NCBI GenBank assembly: GCA_965243135.1
Contig: OZ251539.1
Location: forward strand, 2,816,001-2,880,000
Reading direction: 5' to 3'
Length of the DNA: 64,000 nt
Source: Alphaproteobacteria bacterium
Lineage (GTDB): Bacteria > Pseudomonadota > Alphaproteobacteria > MPNO01 > UBA830
In this document: in pieces, positions 1-9,755 of the stretch
Layout of the letters: each line of letters starts with the position of its first letter
How positions within the stretch are numbered: the first letter of the stretch is position 1
Position numbers and translations under genes: made by a program
The notes under the pieces: generated by a model
What the model was told of the DNA's origin: nothing
The model's database searches: none
Seen by the model: only the letters and a program-made list of their open reading frames with translations

Positions 1-84
1 TACTGTTCTCGTGCTGCCGACCGTCCGTGTTGCACTTCGGAGTGGATAGGGGGGCAATGAGTTAATTGATGAGGGAGAAATACG

Positions 85-450
85 TTGCTGGTCGATTCGA
101 ACAGGCCAATCGAAAAAATTCCTTTTCGCGATACATTCGATCTCACTAAAATGAGATTGAGCGAGGACGAATTCAACGAAATAGTGGACGGTATCAACGA
201 ACGGATCGACGAGGCTGGCAGTGAAGTCGCTACCGCAGGTTGGCTGCCGGGTGCCGATTGGTCGAACACGCCCTTCTGGAGCCTCTACAAGAGAGCCGCC
301 ATGAGGAACAGGGATTTCGCGGCGAGAATGTTTGGCATCATGGTCTGGTTTACAATCATGAAACGTCCCGAGCGCTGGGGGTCGGGCCGGTACAAGGTGG
401 ACGACCGCGACATCGGCAGCCGCACATACTTCATTCTTGGTTCTTGCTGA
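85..450 (+). CDS. Small hypothetical protein (121 aa) directly upstream of the kinase-helicase gene
   Basis: TTG start with GAGGGAG RBS at about 71-77; protein-like composition (TAGWLPGADWSNTPFWSLY); stop lies 35 bp before the next likely start. Confidence 0.7.
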   Translation: MLVDSNRPIEKIPFRDTFDLTKMRLSEDEFNEIVDGINERIDEAGSEVATAGWLPGADWSNTPFWSLYKRAAMRNRDFAARMFGIMVWFTIMKRPERWGSGRYKVDDRDIGSRTYFILGSC

Positions 451-484
451 AAAGGACCAATACGCCTCTTCCGTGAGAGTGCAG

Positions 485-3400
485 ATGACAAGATCGCACC
501 GAAATTCGAGCTTCCTGGACCGCTTCAGGTTGGAAGAAAGAGTTCTCCGCCGATCGGACCGGAAGCTGGGCCGCCCCAGAATGACGGCCGGGACGGAACG
601 CGAAACCGGCTCTGGCATCGTCCTCAAGGAATGGCTCCGGGATCCGAAGGTAGCGGACGACGATTTGCGCGAAATCTGGCGACATGAAATCCGGCAGCTG
701 CATCGGCTCGCGGGTTACCCAGGCGCCCGCGAGCATATCGTACTGCTGCACGACTCCGCCGAAGACTCCAAAGCTTTCTATCAAGCTCTGAATTCCGGGC
801 AACGCGCGCCGTTGCGAACGTTCCTCGACAGCCCACATAAAGAAGGTTGGCTCCATAACCCGCGCCGGGAATCGAGCCGACTCCATTTATGGAGAAATCT
901 GCAGCGAGTAGCAAAGGGTTTGGATATCCTGCACATGCAGGGCCTTCTTCACCGTAATCTCGACGATTGGTCCGTGTTCACCGATGCAGGAGACGAACCC
1001 GACTTTCAGTTGAGCGGGTTCGAATGGTCGATCCGCCTGGCCGGAGGAAGCGACGCTCCCCGCATTGACCACGGCAGAGACGACGACACGGCGATCCATT
1101 CCTTCCTGGAGGACTGGAAGGCTTTCGGACAACTGGCGGCACTGTTGCTGAATATAGACTCCAGAGCGTTGCTCGCCCATCGACCGGGCTTGCGCAACCC
1201 TGCCGAGTTTCTTGATGCGTCGGAGCGCACTCTATTACTTCTTCTACTCCGTGCGGATCCTCTCAAGCATATAGATGGTGATCTGATCGACGACCGCATC
1301 TGCACTATCGTTTCCAACCTCGAAAGAAAGGTCACAGCTCATGGACTAAAATTGTACCTCACATGTTCATTGGGTTCAGGTCAGCGCCTATCGGAAAAGA
1401 TTCGTACCGTAAGTGAAGGCTCCATAGAAATGGGCGATACGGACCGGCAGTTGGCATTTATTCGCGAGGATCTTTCAAGCAGTCCCAACCTTATCATCGT
1501 GGCCGATAAAAACGCAGAAACAGGTCGACGCTATTTATTGGTCGGCCATGACTTGATCTATAAACTCCGGCAGTACAGACCGCGCGGAGGAAACCCGACT
1601 TGGGACGTGGCGTATTGTGACCGACACGAAGATGAACTACCGCTGCAGCCTGCGATAATCGGCGAGAAAACGTTGTCAAGCAATTCGCTAGAATTGCTGC
1701 CACTGCCCGAAGCGAAACGTCGCTTTGTCCGTCTTCAGGGAAAGGCGACGCGATGGGAACGACAGATAGAATCTCCCCCACAAAAGAGTCACCTCGATGA
1801 GCGTGCCGAACGGCGATATCGCGGGCTTGTCCTGGTTCAGCTTCTTGAATCGTTGCGGACCGCAGCCGAAATCTGGCCCATCTCCGTAATCAAACGCGCT
1901 AGAGAGGGTGAACGTACGTTGATCCACGTGAAGCCGCGTGCCGATTCCCAGATCGAAGGACTTTCCCAAGCGTTGGGCCTGGATTCCCCGGCTGCACGGT
2001 TCCGGGAGACTTTTGAATCCGAGCAGGCCGATGGGGAATACGAATGGAAACTGACCGAGGAAGGAGTGCTCGGCGAGTGGGATCGGGAGACCGCTCAATG
2101 GAGTTTCGTAGAGGTCGAAGAAAAAGAGGGCGCGGAGCCACTATATGTCTTCGAATCCGTTGGCGAGCCGCCGATCGACGACAGCCTTTTCCTGCGGAAC
2201 AGCGGCTTCGTCGGCCAAGACCTTTTGCTGAAACGACAGATCAAGGCATTGCGCGCGCTTCGGGAACACGTCGAATTGCTGGCGATGCTAACCGATCCAC
2301 GCATTGGCCTTCGCCCGACCCATGACGACCCTGCCGAAGACGAGGCCTTCGCCAATATGGACGAATCGAAACAGTGCGCGATCAAGGAGCTGTGGGGAGT
2401 ATTGCCAGCCTATTTCATTCAAGGCCCTCCCGGCGTCGGCAAGACGAGGCTCGTGCGTGAACTCGTAGCGAGACGGTTCGCGGAGGACAGCACGACGCGC
2501 ATCCTGTTGTCCGCGCAAAGCCATCAGGCAGTTGATCACCTGTCAAATGAAATCCACGACGTACTCACGCGCACGGACGGCGAGACACCTTTGAGCATCC
2601 GGTGCTTCGCAAAGAACCGTGATGGCAGGCCCGGTCCTTTCGATCTCCGTGAACAAGCGCGATCGATCATTGATCGCTTGATGAAGAGCAAATTGGCTGC
2701 AGACGCGCCGGACAACCTACTGGCCAAGCTTGAGGACCTGAGAAACACTTTCGGAAACGGGCAGGAAGAAGAGGGCGAGTTTGAGGCGGAACGGCCTGAC
2801 CGCGCCTTCGAAGCCATGCTACTGCGATCCGCAAACGTTGTTTTGGCTTCGACCAACGCCGGAGATCTGGAACGCTTGATCGAGGAGCACGCGTTGTTCG
2901 ACTGGACCATTGTCGAAGAGGCGGGAAAGGCAAGCGGCGTCGAGCTTCTGTCCCCGCTGCTGCTTTCTCACAGGCGCCTTATGATCGGCGACCACCTGCA
3001 GTTGCCGCCTTTCGAAGCGGATCAGCGAACCCGTCTCCTCAACGATCCTTCAAAGATCCGCGATGCGCTCACATTGGGTCGAAACCTTGTCGGAAGGCTG
3101 TTTCCCGCGGCCGAGATGGACGAATTGATCAGCAGTATCGAAGGGGAGAACGCACTTGCGGCGGCTTGCGGTGAAGCCGCCGATGCCCTCATGATGTTTG
3201 AAACGATGGTGAGGAAGGAATTGGACGGACGCATTTCTTCCGGGCCAAGGCTGCCAATCGCGACCCGCCTCTCCCGGCAACATCGAATGCATCCGGCGAT
3301 AGCTCGTTTGATTTCACAATCGTTTTACGACGGATCGTTGTCGACCGACCGAAGCTGCGAACGAAAATACCAAGAAGAATCCGCTCCTTTTTCAATTGCG

Positions 3401-4048
3401 GACAACAGCCGGTTGCCGGATTCACCTGTCGTCTTCATCGATATGCCCTATGTGCAGAGCACGATGGGGAAACGAGATGTCGAGCGACAACCAAGATACC
3501 ATAATCCCGAGGAAGCGGAAGCCGTAACGACAGCACTTTCGCTTATCCAAGCCAAACCGGTCGAGAGCGGGGTGCCATCCCTTGCCGTGCTCAGTCCTTA
3601 CCGGGAACAGGTGCGCCGCCTTGAGGAGCGTATCGACGAATTGCGCCCCGACAGACTCGCACATCTGTCCGGATTTTCGATCGAGGGCAAACAAGGAATT
3701 CATATCGGCACCGTAGACTCCTTTCAGGGGAGCGAAGCCGACGTGGTTTTGGTTTCGTTGGTGCGAAATAATCATCATTCAGGTCGGCGCGGGTTGGGCT
3801 TCCTCGGCGATGCACGGCGGATGAACGTGCTGCTCAGTCGAGCGAAATGGAAACTCATTCTTGTGGGCAGCCTAGAATTTTTGCAAAAGAGATTCCAAAG
3901 CGGATCCACTGTGTCGTCGAGCGATTTGTTGGCATTCCTGAAGAATATCCTCGATACGATGGATGAGTTACGTCTTGAAAATGACGAAAAAGGAGAGCCG
4001 TTGGCGGCGATCGTTCCCGTCTCGACGTTAATGGGCGAGGCATCATGA
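485..4048 (+). CDS. mkoA: Ser/Thr kinase-like domain fused to an SF1 (UPF1/DNA2-like) helicase; Mokosh type I MkoA-like
   Basis: Kinase-like VLKEW...LLHRNL...LSGFEWS; helicase motifs QGPPGVGKT, IVEEAGKA, MIGDHLQLPP, QHRMHP, SPYREQV, TVDSFQGSE, RRMNVLLSRAK. The ORF track starts at 437; ATG 485 is the more likely start. Confidence 0.85.
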   Translation: MTRSHRNSSFLDRFRLEERVLRRSDRKLGRPRMTAGTERETGSGIVLKEWLRDPKVADDDLREIWRHEIRQLHRLAGYPGAREHIVLLHDSAEDSKAFYQALNSGQRAPLRTFLDSPHKEGWLHNPRRESSRLHLWRNLQRVAKGLDILHMQGLLHRNLDDWSVFTDAGDEPDFQLSGFEWSIRLAGGSDAPRIDHGRDDDTAIHSFLEDWKAFGQLAALLLNIDSRALLAHRPGLRNPAEFLDASERTLLLLLLRADPLKHIDGDLIDDRICTIVSNLERKVTAHGLKLYLTCSLGSGQRLSEKIRTVSEGSIEMGDTDRQLAFIREDLSSSPNLIIVADKNAETGRRYLLVGHDLIYKLRQYRPRGGNPTWDVAYCDRHEDELPLQPAIIGEKTLSSNSLELLPLPEAKRRFVRLQGKATRWERQIESPPQKSHLDERAERRYRGLVLVQLLESLRTAAEIWPISVIKRAREGERTLIHVKPRADSQIEGLSQALGLDSPAARFRETFESEQADGEYEWKLTEEGVLGEWDRETAQWSFVEVEEKEGAEPLYVFESVGEPPIDDSLFLRNSGFVGQDLLLKRQIKALRALREHVELLAMLTDPRIGLRPTHDDPAEDEAFANMDESKQCAIKELWGVLPAYFIQGPPGVGKTRLVRELVARRFAEDSTTRILLSAQSHQAVDHLSNEIHDVLTRTDGETPLSIRCFAKNRDGRPGPFDLREQARSIIDRLMKSKLAADAPDNLLAKLEDLRNTFGNGQEEEGEFEAERPDRAFEAMLLRSANVVLASTNAGDLERLIEEHALFDWTIVEEAGKASGVELLSPLLLSHRRLMIGDHLQLPPFEADQRTRLLNDPSKIRDALTLGRNLVGRLFPAAEMDELISSIEGENALAAACGEAADALMMFETMVRKELDGRISSGPRLPIATRLSRQHRMHPAIARLISQSFYDGSLSTDRSCERKYQEESAPFSIADNSRLPDSPVVFIDMPYVQSTMGKRDVERQPRYHNPEEAEAVTTALSLIQAKPVESGVPSLAVLSPYREQVRRLEERIDELRPDRLAHLSGFSIEGKQGIHIGTVDSFQGSEADVVLVSLVRNNHHSGRRGLGFLGDARRMNVLLSRAKWKLILVGSLEFLQKRFQSGSTVSSSDLLAFLKNILDTMDELRLENDEKGEPLAAIVPVSTLMGEAS

Positions 4049-5844
4049 ACACGCGTGTGGCCTTTCCGGTTTTACTCCTGAAGTTGAACCTGACTCTGGA
4101 AAAAGGTCGCCGTTGGAGCGTTGTCGAACACCTCATCCTCCATTCGCTTTGCCAGAGGCCGCAATCAGCGGCCGAGTTGGCAGCCGCCGGGAACTTGCCC
4201 CGGCGTCTCGTCATCGAAACTGTTATCCTTCTGATGCGCGCCGGATGGGTGGAATTGCAGCAAATCGACGATCAACACGGATTCCGTGCGACGGCCGCGG
4301 GACGGAAAGCTGTCGATCAAGATCCGCTTCCGGCAATTTCCCGATTATTGAAACGTTCAGCCAGCATCGCTATCGACAAGATTTCATGTACGGTATTCAG
4401 AACACGAGACTTGAATCTTGTGAATCGGCGGCGTTTGCAGAAAATCAAGAAACAAGGCGAATTAACGATTTTGCCCCTTGCAGATTCAGAACCCCCAATA
4501 CAGTCGTTGCAGGGTGAAATGATCGAAAGAGTACTAGAGCACGATGAGACATGCTGCTCCGTGGCCTTGAGAGGAGGGCAACCAGTAAACCTTTATGCTC
4601 TTGTGACGGTGCGAGAAGAATCGATAAAGGGGCTTCCTGACGGTACACCTCAGGTGTTGAAGGATGCGATCATACGCGCGGCCACGAAGCGAGTTTCCAG
4701 CACTGCGACGCCTTCAGCCCGAACGGCCCGTGAAACATTTGAAGAGCGCCAGAGAATTTTTAACATCATTTTCGACAACCGGAATCTCGTCCTCGGCGGA
4801 GACGAACACAAAGCGGCGTTTGAACGTCTCGTGCGCGAAGCGCAATCGCGAATAGTCATACACTCGACATTCATTTCCGCAGATCGATTTCGTGATCTGC
4901 TCCCAATGCTTGACGATGCAGCACATAGAGGCGTAAAGATCGACATCCTATGGGGTCAATCTTCGATCATCGACGGGTCCACCGCCGAAGAAGTTCGCAG
5001 TTGCCGCGATATGCTTGCGGACAATGCCTTGAAAGAACAGATCAGATTACACTCGTTTTCCACAAAATCTCATGCAAAGTTACTCCTTGCAGACAACGGA
5101 AAACAGCAGATGACCGGAATAATCGGATCATGCAATTGGCTGAGTTCGAGTTTCGACAGTTTTGAGGCATCCTTGCGGTTTTCCGACACGCGCATGATCG
5201 CGGAAGTAGCGCAGTGTCTGGCGACGCTGGCTTGCGGTCCCAATGACCATTGGAGAGAACTGACGAGAGATCTGGCCGTCCTGGCGGCCAATTGCCGAAA
5301 GCGGGCACAAGCCACAACCAGCGATACAATGGCCTCAATGGTGCTTGGCGCACAGCATGGCGATTATATCCGGCGCGCGCGCGACAACGCCGAACGCCGT
5401 ATCGTTGTAGGCAGTCACCGCTTGGGCGGCTCCGCTGAAACTTCGGTGTTCGTGCCCGCGCAAGCGGCGAGTGACCAAGGCATCGAGGTCGTCGTCTATT
5501 ACGGCAGAACCTCGGGGCCGGCCAGCGGTACGGACCCAGAGAAAAATATTCGCGATGGAATAGCGAACGGTCTTCGGATTCAACGGATCCGTAATCCGCG
5601 GATGCACGCGAAGTTTCTCGTCTGGGACGATGACCATTTATTGATCACCAGTCAAAACTGGCTATCCGCCGATCCTTCGGACCGCAATCCATACGCCGAG
5701 ATAGGCGTCTATATTCGTAATCACGGCATTGGTCGGGAATTCGTCGCCCGGTTCAATCAAGCGGTCAACCATGGTTTGCAGGTTTCCGGGCAAGGGCAAA
5801 GCAACGGGGATGGAACTTCTGAGATTATGAACGCATCGGGCTAA
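4045..5844 (+). CDS. mkoB: Phospholipase D-family nuclease with N-terminal HTH-like region; Mokosh type I MkoB-like
   Basis: Two HKD motifs (SHAKLLLAD...GSCNWLS and MHAKFLVWD...TSQNWLS); ATGA overlap with the upstream gene. Confidence 0.85.
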   Translation: MNTRVAFPVLLLKLNLTLEKGRRWSVVEHLILHSLCQRPQSAAELAAAGNLPRRLVIETVILLMRAGWVELQQIDDQHGFRATAAGRKAVDQDPLPAISRLLKRSASIAIDKISCTVFRTRDLNLVNRRRLQKIKKQGELTILPLADSEPPIQSLQGEMIERVLEHDETCCSVALRGGQPVNLYALVTVREESIKGLPDGTPQVLKDAIIRAATKRVSSTATPSARTARETFEERQRIFNIIFDNRNLVLGGDEHKAAFERLVREAQSRIVIHSTFISADRFRDLLPMLDDAAHRGVKIDILWGQSSIIDGSTAEEVRSCRDMLADNALKEQIRLHSFSTKSHAKLLLADNGKQQMTGIIGSCNWLSSSFDSFEASLRFSDTRMIAEVAQCLATLACGPNDHWRELTRDLAVLAANCRKRAQATTSDTMASMVLGAQHGDYIRRARDNAERRIVVGSHRLGGSAETSVFVPAQAASDQGIEVVVYYGRTSGPASGTDPEKNIRDGIANGLRIQRIRNPRMHAKFLVWDDDHLLITSQNWLSADPSDRNPYAEIGVYIRNHGIGREFVARFNQAVNHGLQVSGQGQSNGDGTSEIMNASG

Positions 5845-5970
5845 GCGTTTGATCGGAAAATTGGGGAAAGACGGTAGCGAAATCGCGAATTTTGCAAGCC
5901 GGAGATGAGAAGCTCTCGAGGAACCTTCAGATGCAACCGAAATTCAGCGCCATTTGCCGGAGCGTTTGGA

Positions 5971-6780
5971 TTTAGGGTTCGGTCGCGGGGCGGTCTACTT
6001 GTTCAGGATCCGCGTCCAGTCCCGACGCGAGGCCACCGGGAGAGCACGTCCGTTCCGCAAGTCGAGCTTGCCGCGCCCTTGAGTGCAACCGACCCCGGTC
6101 CAGTTGGCGGCCCAGTAGCAAGTCCCGTCGAACCTCGGGATCTTGCAGAGGGTCTCCACCGGACGCAACGCGTAGCGGCCTTCCCAAGGCAGGCGACACC
6201 AAGGCAAGGGACGCGAGGTTTTTGATTCGGACTCACGGGAAGGCCCTCGCCTCGTTGATCACGAGGAGGCAGGTTGCGGCGACGAGTTTCGGGCCCGACG
6301 AGCTTGTCCCGAGGCGCGCCATGCGGCGGCACCGAAGCCGAAGACGGCGAGGGGTTCGCCGCTGGCAGCACGGAAGAAGTAGCGCCCGCGGGCCGCGTCG
6401 AGCAGCCGAAGTAGCGCTCGTGGAGAAAAAATAACTCCGGTGGCCGTCGCCAACCGAAACACGCGGGTCGCCTGGGCGAAGCCTGCCGGCCTCGCGCCAC
6501 CGAGCTTTCGCCCCCGCAGGCTCATGGCCAGCGTCGCAGGCGGCTCGCCGTCCAGCTACGGCGCAGCGACTCCATTTCGGGAGCGGAGCGCACAGGCAAG
6601 CGCGTCCGCGGGTTCGCGCGCATTGCGACGCGGGCCGGCGATGGGCCGTGCGCTGGCGCGATCTCCACCAGGCAAGCGCGTCCACGAGTTCGCGCGCATT
6701 GCGACCCCTTCGGTATCAACGGACGCGCGAACCCGCGGACGCGCCAGGCAATCAAGAAGATCATACATGACAGCCTGAAA
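5971..6780 (-). mobile_element. Decayed right part of an IS66-family element: tnpC C-terminus plus DUF4338 pseudogene
   Basis: Frameshifted fragments GFGAAAW, RRNL, GTCYWAANW..VG.TQGRGKLD; degenerate terminus GTTCGGTCGCGGGG at 5977-5990. Confidence 0.75.
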
Positions 6781-7066
6781 CAGCACCGCGAGCCCGCTGC
6801 ATTTTCGCTCCCTCTTTGGGCAACGGGAAGCCTGGACGACAGCGGCAGTCGCGCCGCCGAATATCCGGTACCATTGCGGCTGCGACAAGAGCCATTCGGC
6901 CGAGGCTGGACTTCGGCGAGCCTTCACGCAACTACCGACCGGGGGACATGCCACAGGAATTCCTGTTGCCGCCATGACGCAACTCCCTGCCGCTGGCACC
7001 CGAACGCGGCCTGCGGATGCCGCGGTCGGACATGTCGAAGAGTCGCCCGGACGACGAGACCACCGG

Positions 7067-7705
7067 TTATCGAAACAGGCTCTTCAGAGCGGCGGCGCTT
7101 TGCTTGCGACCGATGATCTTGTACCGGGAGAGATGCGGAAGGTGCACGAACTTCCCGCCATCGAAGATCCCGCGCCACGCCTTCACGTTGCCCCAACATA
7201 CGGGAATCTTGTCGACAGAACGAACATCGAGGATCCCGGCAATGGTGTCCCTCGCCTTGTTCCCCATCGTGATGACCAATTCCGGCCGGGCGCGATCAAG
7301 GATATCCGTCCAGAGCGATTTTCCGAACCTGCTCGCGTACTCTGGATTCTTGAGGCTTTCCCAGTTGGGCGCACGGAACGGAACGAAGTGACCAGCCAGA
7401 ACTTCGCTGCATTCCACTTCCAGAAAGTCACAAAGGCCACGGATCTGCCGCTGTAGCGAGCTCTCGCCGGGAGGACGGCCGTCCCAACTCTCCAGCTCGT
7501 AGGCGCTGCCTTTCCGCATGGCGAATTTGCCATGAGCGGCCGGCTGGTGGTCGCCGCCCGGAGTCTGGTCGATCAGCGCAATCTTCGCGGAATCGAGCGT
7601 TGCCGCCGGGCTAGAGAGAAAACGCCACCCGCAATCATTTCCGCTTTGGCGGTATGCGATCTCAATCCGCCGCTCCAGCGAAGCCGCAAAACTCTCGCCG
7701 TTCAT
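7067..7705 (-). CDS. Uracil-DNA glycosylase superfamily-like protein
   Basis: KIALIDQTPGG (motif A-like), PELVITMG and LPHLSR (motif B-like); GAGGAAG RBS before ATG 7705. Confidence 0.65.
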   Translation of the reverse strand: MNGESFAASLERRIEIAYRQSGNDCGWRFLSSPAATLDSAKIALIDQTPGGDHQPAAHGKFAMRKGSAYELESWDGRPPGESSLQRQIRGLCDFLEVECSEVLAGHFVPFRAPNWESLKNPEYASRFGKSLWTDILDRARPELVITMGNKARDTIAGILDVRSVDKIPVCWGNVKAWRGIFDGGKFVHLPHLSRYKIIGRKQSAAALKSLFR

Positions 7706-7919
7706 TTGTTCTTCCTCATTCTGTCTTGCTAATGCTCTTTCGCACAACTACGGTCCCGGGTGCAACCACCAAGGCCGTTAACTATCAGGGACGCATGCCA
7801 GAACCATCGCTGGATCAAAGCGCCGCCAGAGCCGGGGAAGGAATCAGTCTCGACTGTCCTGATTGCGGGCATTCTTGAGAGTCGGCTGCCGGGCCGCAAA
7901 ACAACGGTTGTCATTCGGT

Positions 7920-8261
7920 CTAATCGTCGTTTAGTCGCCTCAGAGCGTGTTCCGCCTTCATCTCCATGCCTGGCCGGTACAGCAGGTCAGCCTCTTCCTT
8001 CGATACCCGCTCGGCCAGCCATTTGTGAGATTTCGTGAACATCGAGTCGAAGATGCGCGCCGCCTCTTCGCCTGCACTTCGATGGGCGTTGCTGTCCGAA
8101 TTTTCGGCCAGAGCCCATCTGAAAAGCCAGAAGACACTTCTGGGGTTCAACCCGCCCCGCTCGTCGCTCACCCAATGTTTAGCCAATCCCCGTTCGAATA
8201 CGGAGTGGTTAATGACGCTTAACCGTTTTCGCGCCTGCTCCACGGTGATTTTCAGTTGCAT
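7920..8261 (-). CDS. Hypothetical protein (about 113 aa)
   Basis: GGGAGG RBS before ATG; protein-like ORF; no motif recognised. Confidence 0.55.
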   Translation of the reverse strand: MQLKITVEQARKRLSVINHSVFERGLAKHWVSDERGGLNPRSVFWLFRWALAENSDSNAHRSAGEEAARIFDSMFTKSHKWLAERVSKEEADLLYRPGMEMKAEHALRRLNDD

Positions 8262-8425
8262 CCATGGTTCCTCCCCTCTCCCTCGGCAGGAAGACCTTAC
8301 GGTCGCCTCGCATTGGAGCAATCAAAATATCAGGTTGTTGTTTTCGAGGGAACCAGTGGTTATGTTTCCTACCCCATACCTGTTCCGCTTGGTAGGATTT
8401 GACAACGGAAAGTAGATCGATGGCG

Positions 8426-9224
8426 GCCGCTATCAACCATGAAGCGCAACGCAGGCAGTCGGCAGCGAAGGGGCGGGGCGACGGGCGGGTCAAGGCACCG
8501 CGGCGGCGGGGCCGGTCTCGACCGAGCGAGCCGGGGGCTGAACCCGGCGGAGCATGCGTAGCGGACAAACACCTTCTCGGCGGGCCGTTGCGGCGGGAGG
8601 GCTCTTTCTCTATCTCAACGTGCAGGACAGCCTTTCCGGTCGCCCGCCTCGCCGCCTGCCGCTCCGACACGGAGACTCCCGTACCCTCAGCATGGCCAGC
8701 ATCTCCATCCGCGCTCTCAACGAGGCCGCCCACCTGCCCCGGCTCTTCGACGGCATAGCTCGTCAGACCCGCAAGCCCGACGAGATCGTCCTCGTCGATT
8801 CAGGATCGATGGACGATTCGGTCGCCGCTATCAACCATGAAGCGCAACGCAGGCTGTCGGCAATCTCCGCCGAGAGGGCGGGCGACGGGCGGGTCAAAGC
8901 GCCGCAGCGGCGGGGCCGGTCTCGACCGAGCGAGCCGGGGCCTGAACTCGGCGAGCATGCGTAGCGGACAAACACCCGCTCTGCGGGCCGTTGCGGCGAG
9001 AGGGCTCTTTCTCTACATGTAGACAGCCTTTCCGGTCGCCCGCCTCGCCGCCTGCCGCTCCGACACGGAGACTCCCGTACCCTCAGCATGGCCAGCATCT
9101 CCATAGTCATCCGCGCTCTCAACGAGGCCGCCCACCTGCCCCGGCTCTTCGACGGCATAGCTCGTCAGACCCGCAAGCCCGACGAGATCGTCCTCGTCGA
9201 TTCAGGATCGACGGACGATTCGGT
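8426..9224 (+). repeat. Imperfect tandem duplication (about 398 bp period) of a glycosyltransferase leader plus 5' coding end
   Basis: GCCGCTATCAACCATGAAGCGCAACGCAGG at 8426 and 8824; both copies run into MASISI..RALNEAAHLPRL; a third copy is inverted and ends at 32857. Confidence 0.9.
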
Positions 9225-9744
9225 GTCGATCGGCGAACGGGCCGGCGCGCGAGTCGTCTCGATCGCGCCTTCCGCGTTCACCTTCGGACGCGCCCTCAAC
9301 GTCGGGTGCGACGCGGCGTCGGGCGATCTTCTCGTGTTCGCCAGCGCCCATACCTATCCGGCCGACGAACATTGGTTGGAGCGCCTGACGGCTCCGCTGG
9401 AAGCGCATGACGATGTCGCGCTCGTTTACGGGCGACAGACCGGCGACGAACGGAGCGCTTTTTCCGAGATCGAGATCATGCGACGATGGTTTCCGCTCGA
9501 AACGGGTCAGGACCATCCTTTCTGCAACAACGCCAACTGCGCGGTGCGGGCGGCGTACGACGAGGAGTTGACCGGGTTGGAAGACATAGCGTGGGCTTTT
9601 CGGATCCAGCAGGACGACCTCCGAATCTGGTACGAGGCCGACGCCGTCGTCGTCCACGTGCACGAGGAAGGATTCTCGCGGATCGTGAACCGGTACCGGC
9701 GAGAGGCGATCGCCCACAAGTCCTGCGCGGAGCCGACCTCGTGA
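9088..9744 (+). pseudogene. GT2 glycosyltransferase (rhamnosyltransferase-like), truncated with internal deletions
   Basis: SIVIRALNE, VLVDSGSTDDS, FGRALNVG, LEDIAWA; ends soon after EAIAHK, whereas the copy at 31850-32591 continues. Confidence 0.75.
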
Positions 9745-9755
9745 GGAGAAGGGGC

